Of a DNA stretch of 64,000 nucleotides, positions 55,591-64,000 are shown piece by piece. This stretch comes from Octopus vulgaris (Eukaryota). Position numbers and translations under genes: made by a program. How positions within the stretch are numbered: the first letter of the stretch is position 1; every line of letters starts with the position of its first letter. Below the pieces are notes generated by a model, which saw only the letters and a program-made list of their open reading frames with translations, had not been told where the DNA came from and made no database searches. The stretch is taken from the NCBI GenBank assembly GCA_951406725.2, contig OX597814.1:31806001-31870000 (forward strand). The letters are read 5' to 3'.

Positions 55591-57230
55591 TTTGTTGTTT
55601 ATTTTAAATTATATGGATAATACCATACAAAATTCTTGTGCCTCAACTTAAGTACCATATTCATCTGAATCTAAATTTTTTATACATACATACATATATA
55701 TACGCGTGGTTAGTTGGCAAAGAAGGGATATGACCAGCCCCAAAATAACAATATATATGTTGTGTGTGTGCGTGTGCTTCTGCGTGTTTGTGTGTTTGTG
55801 TGTTTGTGTGTGTGTGTGTGTGTGTGAGTGTGTGTGTGTGCGCGCGCGTAGACGGGAAATAGTGAGAAGTAATAATTGATTTGTGATGAAAGACAATTTA
55901 TTACAAGAATATATTTCATCAATCGTTGTGGTGTTAGTGAAACACAAAGGTAACATATTGCGCTATGGAATTGTATTTAGAATTATAGAGAGAAAAATTT
56001 CGCGTTCCGTATACTGAGTTTTGAAATCCACAAAACTCAGAGCATCATGATGTATATTACTTTCTAGACAGGAAAATATAAATAGATTTTTAAAGTTGTA
56101 TTGTTAGTATCAAGATGGAATAGTTTTTAATTGTGTTCCTTAGACTATAAAACAATTTGGTTTCGTTCACTATCCAGTAAGAAGCTGATTTATCAAAATA
56201 CTTCAAGTACCTTCAGTACGGAAGAAGTAAACCAAATTATGTCAACTGTTGCGTTTATTGGATTGATTTTGTGGATAAATTCATATGAGTGTTATCAATA
56301 AGTTTTTATTGTCTAATATACATATAAATTATTATAAATTTATTTTCATATAATAATACTATGAATTTATAGATTCAAATCACTTGAGCTGTATAAAGAA
56401 ACTTGAAACGTAAAATAGAAAAACGAAAATAAATGAAAAGAAAATGTTTCATGTCTATGCATATATTCCATATATCGCTTACAATTTTTCATGTTATTTT
56501 CTTATCGATTTAGTGTTTTAAAAGGATTTTCTGCCAAAACTTATTTTAGAATGCTACGTAGAAGTTGTCTTTTTTCAAATCTATAGTAAAATTACATTTG
56601 CATGCAAAACAGAATCCATTAAAATTTCGCATAAAACTATGCATTATTTTCGAAACATACATCATATCACCATGTTTTTTCTTCCAATCTCTCCTTTCCT
56701 TTCACACTCTTTATTTAAAAAGAATTTGTAAGCCATGGGCATATTTATGCATTAAGTATTTATTTAGTTAATAATATCCCAGACAAAGATGTTTTAATTG
56801 GAAGAATCGAATTATCAACAGGAGTTTAAACTATAATAATTCAATATGTTATTGTTGTCGTATTTGTGGTACACTATTGATTCTTTTTTACATTCCAGTT
56901 TATAAGAAACTTTGAGAATATGTTAAAAACACGTAAAGTCCACAGAAGAGAAATAGTTAAAAGAAGAGGGTTGGCGAGAGTACGAATATAAAGGATAGAA
57001 ATAAAAAATAATACTAAAGGATATCATTTAGTAAATTTAATCTGAATAGATATCACGAAATGGCGTTTGACATTTCCATAGATAACATTTATATTTCATC
57101 TTGCTTCTCGGTAATGGTCTTTTTTCCTCAGATATATATGTGTGTGTGTGTGTGTGTGTGGGTGTGTATGTATATATATGTGTGTATATGTATTTGCGCA
57201 TAAATATATATACACATATGTATATATGTA

Positions 57231-57273
<43 letters not shown>

Positions 57274-58816
57274 TGTGTGTATGCATAAAGTAAATATTGG
57301 ATAAACAAAGTAATAATAATACACGAATAGATACAAAAACAAAAATAACCCACGGCTAACAAAATATTGCAAAGCATATTGGAGACCACCCTCTCTCCAT
57401 CTACTTCCTTCTCACCGCTACTATTAATACGCTTCTGCTTCTTGCTGCAGTAATACCAGTGACGCTGTTAATAATAAAAAAAATATTTTTTCTCATAAGT
57501 AAGAGAGAACCCCTGTTATTTAATCAAAAGAAACATGGGTCTTATAAGCACAAACGTATATATTGATGTACATTCATACATCCCTACACATACACATATC
57601 TATGTATTTTTCGTATATTTGTAAGTGCACCTAATGGTTTCGTCTATATGTTGCCATTTTTGAAGTCGTCGGTATAGCATGCAAAAAACGACAGATTAGT
57701 GTGGATGGATAAAACATTTAATTTCTACATACAGACTACCTACTGGGTACTTAATAACATCGAAACGCTGTATTTACTTATCAATTCACTTCTTTACTTT
57801 GTATTGAACATGATGGGGAAAATAGAATTTTTGCAGTGAATATCTTTCGTACGTAAAGAATAATGCTTAATAATTTCATACGTAAAGAATAATGCTTAAT
57901 AAATGAAATGAGGAAAAGGTAGGGGAAATGACAGCTGGAAAAAATATCAAATAAATAACGTTATTTGGTTGTTACTGTATACTACTGCTGCTATAGCAAC
58001 TCGCTCACCAAATCACAAAAAATAAAAAAATAAAAACACAAAATCATGTCTGAAAGAGCGAGGGTTACATTACCTTTTGGCTCCAATAACCTGATGTGGC
58101 ATCCCTATCACTCTTAACTGACTATCTTAGAAAAAGGAAAAAGCACGAGATATGAAGCCTAGATATCTCTAAAATGTCTGAGTTGTAAAGACTGTTTGAT
58201 CAGTCTTGAGCTGAATCTTTAAAACAGCTACCAGCAACAGTTTCTTAGGACCAGAAGTGCCAGCGCATCGTCTGTAATAATGAGGATGAGATGGAAGATG
58301 AGTAGTCTCATATTACTAGAGACAGTGGAAAAAACACGCAATAGAACAAAGATTCCGTCATCACACCAGTAAAAGAACTATTCCCGCCAGAAACGACCAG
58401 TCTATCTTAGTAAGGCCGAAGGAAAATGATAGTTCATCGCTTTCAAACGTAACAAAGACAACTTTCAAACATAACAAAAGAAACCTACAGTGTTACTGAA
58501 TATATTGAATGGGAGGAAAGACTGAAGGTAATGTTGTCGAAGTCTCGAATGACAGAACGCTAATAAAAATCAAATTAGCACCCCTTGCTTATCTAATATG
58601 CAATTACACCAAATAGGGGGCAATTCTGGTTCAGTCACACAGCAAAAAATTATTCGTGGTCTCCTTCGAAGATGTCAGTTTCGAAGCCTGATGAATGGCC
58701 AGTGTCGGAGATTTCTTTGGCTCAACCTACTTGGTGACTCAACCTGTATACTGAGTATATGGCTACTTCATTTTAAATCCTCACCATCTTTTATTTAATG
58801 TCTGTTCATTATAATA

Positions 58817-59028
58817 AATTATGGCTTCATAAATACATATATATTTCTAATCATATATATATATAATTAGAAATATATATGTATTTATGAAGCCATAATT
58901 GCATAAACAAAATTGTATAAAATACAGGAGAGAGGTTTACATAAGGCATATAATTTATACAATTATATATATAATTGTATAAATTATATACCTTATGTAA
59001 ACCTCTCTCCTGTATTTTATACAATTTT
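58817..59028. repeat. Two adjacent near-perfect palindromes (84 bp and 120 bp), each centred on (TA)n
   Basis: 58817-58900 and 58909-59028, one mismatch each. Confidence 0.9.
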
Positions 59029-60402
59029 CTTTGGTTTCGCTCGTACTCATATGTGTATAATTCTTTCATTCATGTATTTTTTCTATTATTAGTGGGCCGT
59101 TGGTGGTAAATAAAATGAGCTATCACTGGATAGTCTATGAAAGAATAGGGGTTGCCGATGAAATTATTATACATTGAAAAATTTCGAGGTTGATGAACTT
59201 TATAGCATATTTTAATATTTGTATGTTGTTGTCTGAATAAGCAGTAAAATTATTGTTTCCTTACGATTATCGAAATCAGATGTAAATTCGTATACTCATT
59301 GTCCTAGATACACAACATCACTGCTTATATGTTTCACACAGATACTTCAGTTTTGGCAATCTTCCTTTACTCTAAATTTGAGCCTCACAGCTTAATCTTT
59401 TGCCTAACAAAAGCTTTAATCTCTCAATCTTTATAGGTATTTTGGAAACGTTATAATGCGAACCAATTGTCAGGAAACATATATATATATATCCTCGTCC
59501 TGCGCATCATCGTCTGATTGCTCTCACTTTTTATATCTCAAGAGTAATGGCGACTACTATTCACTATAATGTCTCAAACATTTCTAATCATTCATCCTCT
59601 GTCTCAGCGAACGACCAGTAGTGCTTCAACAGAATATCTGTTTAGTGTGAACCGTCAGTGTTTCTCACCTAAGAAAAATTTGCTGCAAGCAATGTTGTTG
59701 ACGTAGTATATATTTCGACTGTACTTTGTACGTAAATATCCTACATAAACTTTGCGTCTATAGCCACCACCATTCTTGGATCGGTGCCTTCAGATCAGAT
59801 CGCACCATATCAGCCCATATGGACAGAGTTCTATACGTTCCACTCGCAATCCATAGTGGCGTGTCTATTGTTTTGTTTTACATACTATTCTTTTTATATT
59901 TCAAAGTTACTCTACTAATACTTTGTTTTTCTTTGACCTTCCCATACAAAGCTACTTCGAAGCATATCTTGAGACATTAAATGGAAAACTCCATTGATTC
60001 CATGAAAAAATATCTATACGAAAGCATTGATAAGAGTATAATAACTTTCTCTCTTTTACCGATCCCCCCTATACCCATGCACTTATGAATACAAAAGTTT
60101 AAAAAATCAACAATGAATAAACGGCTGTTGCTGATATCAAGACAAAATCTTTATATCACACTATCTTTAAGCATGATCATCATTCAGTTAGTGTCTTTAC
60201 GGCCCCTCTAGATGTCAGGTCTTATTATCACCATAGTTTCATCCTTGGTAAATTATATATTCGACATAGCTAGGAATACATACCAAACACTGGTCCGTCT
60301 CTTCAGGTTCCGAAAATATTTCAGACCCCTGCGGTTGTTGACAATCAGCAATATTCAAATGCATGCAACTTCCGAAATAGTGCTGCTACTGCACACATGG
60401 AA

Positions 60403-60780
60403 GCACTCCGTCGGTTACGACGACGAGGGTTCCGGTTGATCCGAATCAACGGAACAGCCTGCTCGTGAAATTAACGTGTAAGTGGCTGAGCACTCCACAG
60501 ACACGTGTACCCTTAACGTAGTTCTCGGGGATGTTCAGCGTGACACAGAGAGTGACAAGGCCGGCCCTTTGAAATACAGGTACAACAGAAACAGGAAGTA
60601 AGAGTGAGAGAAAGTTGTGGTGAAAGAGTACAGCAGGGATCACCACCATCCCCTGCCGGAGCCTCGTGGAGCTTTAGGTGTTTTCGCTCAATAAACACTC
60701 ACAACGCCCGGTCTGGGAATCGAAACCGCGATCCTATGACCGCGAGTCCGCTGCCCTAACCACTGGGCCCTTGCACCTCC
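60403..60780 (-). mobile_element. SINE family A, tail type 2, with TSD
   Basis: Near-identical to 39049-39423. Flanking repeat actgcacacat(g/a)gaagc. Confidence 0.9.
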
Positions 60781-61230
60781 ACACTGCACACATAGAAGCG
60801 TAGAATATATTCTGAGAAAGATCACCCCACTGTGTGTCATAAATTCTCTTAGCTCACAAATGTACCATCTCTTGTCTGTTTTCTTTTCCTCGGAGCCAAA
60901 TGGTCTGGTGACTTTTCCAGTAATGCATTCAAATACAGTTGTTATTTGTCCTTTCTTATCTTGCCTCACATGGTATATCGAAAACATTAAGCTCGCATTA
61001 ACCACTCTGCCCAGTCGTCCTTTCCTAGAGCATCGGCACATTGATATCTGTTCCCTAATTACTATCTTTCCTGCATGCACTGACTTACAGCAGGCTACAT
61101 AGAATATTAACAGCATAAGCCTGACTGGTTTCGGGAACCTGCGCGGGACACTCTAGCCTGTGCAAATGAGGGAAGATGTATGACCAAAGAAAAACCTGTA
61201 GATATGTGCTTTAGATGTGAAATGCGCATA

Positions 61231-61592
61231 CTCTTTTACTCTTTTACTTGCTTCAGTCATTTGACTGTGGCCATGCTGGAGCACCTTCTTTAATTGAACA
61301 AATCGACCCCAGCACTTATTCTTTGTAAGCCTAGTTCTTATCAGTCTATTTTGCCGAACCACTAAGTTATGAGGATGTAAACACACCAGCATCCGTTGTC
61401 AAGAGATGCTGGGGGGACAAACACAGACACACAAACATATACACATATATACATATATACATACATATATACGATGGGCTTCTTTCAGTTTCCGTCTACC
61501 AAATCCACTCAGAAGGCTTTGGTCAGCCTGAGGCTATAGTAGAAGACACTTGCCCAAGGAGCCACGCAAACTACTTACCACACAGCCACCTC
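61231..61592 (-). mobile_element. SINE family B (deletion in head)
   Basis: Matches 39755-40200. Confidence 0.85.
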
Positions 61593-62863
61593 TGCTCATG
61601 CAAAGATTGAAAACTTTTCTATGAGGTTTTAGTAGTTAATTCAGAGGAATTGCTTTTTTAATGGATTTCCTTGCTGCTGAAATGCTGTTACGCTATGGCT
61701 GTCGGGAGGCAGGTGTGGCTATGACCTGTGATATGGTGAAAATAATATTGGAACTGATGATTGATTCTTGTTGTTATATAATATTTTCTTACTTGTCTTC
61801 TGGTTTGTTATGGTTACTTCTCAGTAAGAAATGTTGTCCAATATTGCCCAGAAAAAATATCCTTTTGCTATCATTCACCAACCTTTTAATTATATTGTAT
61901 TAAGTACCTCATAATATGGTTTAGGGTATGAATAGACTGAACATTGAACCTAACATTACTTCTTCATATTGTTATATGAGTGAGGCTAATTGGTAAGCAT
62001 ATGGATATTGTTACAACAATTAAATTCAATATAATACTTGGAGGCCGAGTTACAGTTTTATCTAAACTGTTTTAAAATAAGTCGATCTTGATTTTAAATA
62101 GAATCTATAACTATGTTAAAATTTTTTTTTTAAAAAGCAATTACTCCAGACATATGATGTATATACAATACAAAACCACAACAAAATAGACACTGAAAAC
62201 ACTTATTAGAAAAGAAGAGCATATTTGTTTTATACAGAGATTGAAAGTTTATGAAATTATTATCAGGCAGCATATTTGGATGTGGGTAACAAGAGAGATG
62301 AAAACCTCACCCTATTTATAGCAACATGTGGTCACTCATAAAGAAAACTTACTGAAGCAGACACAACCAAAATTGCCTATTATTTTATTTATATTTTCAG
62401 ATAATTTATTTATTTTTGTTTGAGACTTTGGCATACGAGACTAAAAAGCTGCTAGACGCATAAAACTGGTTTTTCACTCTTTATATTTGCGGCTTCCTTT
62501 TCAAATTTTGCCTGTGATGAGAGGAATTTAATATATATCCAAAGGAAATAAACCTTCTGGCAATATATAATTCCTTATGTTTTATTTTACTTGTATAGTA
62601 TATTTTGAATGAAATATCAGAAATACTCAGAATAATAGAAAATATCAGAAAAAGAAAATGAAAATGTAAATATAATATTTGCTATGTGAAATAAAATCCT
62701 GTGAAATCGTAAATGTTCTTGAATGACAAATGATAATTATAGACAATATTAACTAGTAGAATTTAGTGTAAGGAAATATTTGAATTCGTTTGTAAAAACC
62801 GGTTTCTGTGGCGTATGTGTTCGCCCTAGCTGGACGGGACGCCAGTCCATCACAGCATTACTC

Positions 62864-63028
62864 AAGAAACAGGAAGAGAAAGTGAGAGAAAGTTGTGGCG
62901 AAAGAGTACAAGCAACGAGCTTTTAGATATTTTCGCTTAATAAACACGCACAACGCCCGGTCTAGGAATCGGAACCGCGATCCTCCCACCGCGAGTCCGC
63001 TGCCCTATCCACTAGGCCATCGCGCCTC
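62864..63028 (-). mobile_element. SINE family A fragment
   Basis: Head GGAGGCGCGATGGCCTAGTGGATAGGGCAGCGGACTCGCGG. Confidence 0.8.
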
Positions 63029-63149
63029 CAACTCATACGCATGTGCTGAGCATTTATGTATACGATCAAATGTAACGATACACAAATGCAAATATCAACT
63101 AGAATGTTATAAGAAAATAATTTCAAACATCGCATATGTGCTGTTGAGA

Positions 63150-63786
63150 CACCCTTGACAAATGTGTCTTCGTTTAGTGATTTATTAATGAAAAGAGCAA
63201 TGCATACAGGCGGATGACGAAGCTCAAACAAAGAAAATCCTGAAATGGAAGTAAATCAGGCAATGGGATAAACATTCAACTATGGCTGCGCTCCCGAAGA
63301 GACATTGAGAGGATCAATTTATTTCCATGGTTATACATCTCACAACTAGAATTGGGGTGCAATGTATTGCAGAAAGCAGAAGATTTTGGCATCGAAAAAT
63401 ATATGCAAAGTGGTTCTCAGCAGATCACAGCCAATATGAAAGACAGAGAAAACAGAGAAATGTGGAAGACGGCTCATGTGTTCTGGAAGATCTTGACGTA
63501 ATATGGATTAGATATGGATGAATCATGGACGTATATTCGTGGTACACAAATTAAAATTTAGTGTATAAAATGGTAACGCACCTCTTCCGGAAAGCATGAG
63601 AAGTCCAGGAGCAAGTGATTGGCTCAGGAAAAAAAGGTGAATATTTTCTGGGTCGAAAAGGCTATCATTTTCCTTGATTTTCTGAAATGTCATTGTACAA
63701 TGGACAGTGAATGTTGCATCGAGATACGCAAACTGCTTAGAGAAGCCGTTAGTAACAGGGGAGCGAGCAAGATCTGGAAATTAGTC

Positions 63787-63790
<4 letters not shown>
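63150..63790 (+). mobile_element. Decayed mariner (DD34D-type) transposase fragment
   Basis: YAKWF, DESWTY and [17 protein letters not shown]...[18 protein letters not shown] resemble CARWV, GDETW and KVMxTVFWDxxGIILIDFL...TINS. Confidence 0.65.
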
Positions 63791-63859
<69 letters not shown>

Positions 63860-63928
63860 GTATATATGTATATACATATATATATGTGTATACATATATA
63901 TATATACATTTATATATATACTTATATA

Positions 63929-63962
<34 letters not shown>

Positions 63963-64000
63963 CGTTGTAGGCATAGGAGTGGCTGTGTGGTAAGTAGCTT

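Noticed and set aside
57850-57902. Short tandem duplications (also 53608-53653, 54419-54483)
   Set aside because: Ordinary slippage-type duplications.
58686-58765. CTGATGA followed by a GGCCA/TGGCT stem
   Set aside because: No GAAA or helix III in register, so a hammerhead cannot be called.

Overview
Repeat-rich, AT-rich eukaryotic DNA, mostly intergenic or intronic. The SINE families and (TA)n/(CA)n/(GATA)n density suggest a coleoid cephalopod such as Octopus (inference). There is no intact protein-coding gene. Two candidate terminal exons (595-672, 8391-8448) and a possible decayed intronless homologue (~25240-25720) are the only host-gene signals. The rest is three tRNA-derived SINE families, decayed Penelope-like elements (Neptune-type and a Naiad-like one), a Hero-type LINE 3' end, Tigger, DD41D, DD37D-like and mariner transposase relics, hAT and mariner MITEs, and a non-autonomous Helitron. 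The main unexplained signal is a set of non-coding ~470-490 bp elements sitting in (TA)n tracts, each carrying a type I hammerhead ribozyme with a palindromic or near-palindromic helix III (26084, 40734/41214, 54703/55322; further variants at 11.8 kb, 24.6 kb, 31.4 kb, 41.6 kb). They occur as circularly permuted, 1.5-mer tandem and head-to-head inverted copies, consistent with a retrozyme-like system mobilised by Penelope-like RTs. All calls were made by eye, and element boundaries are approximate.
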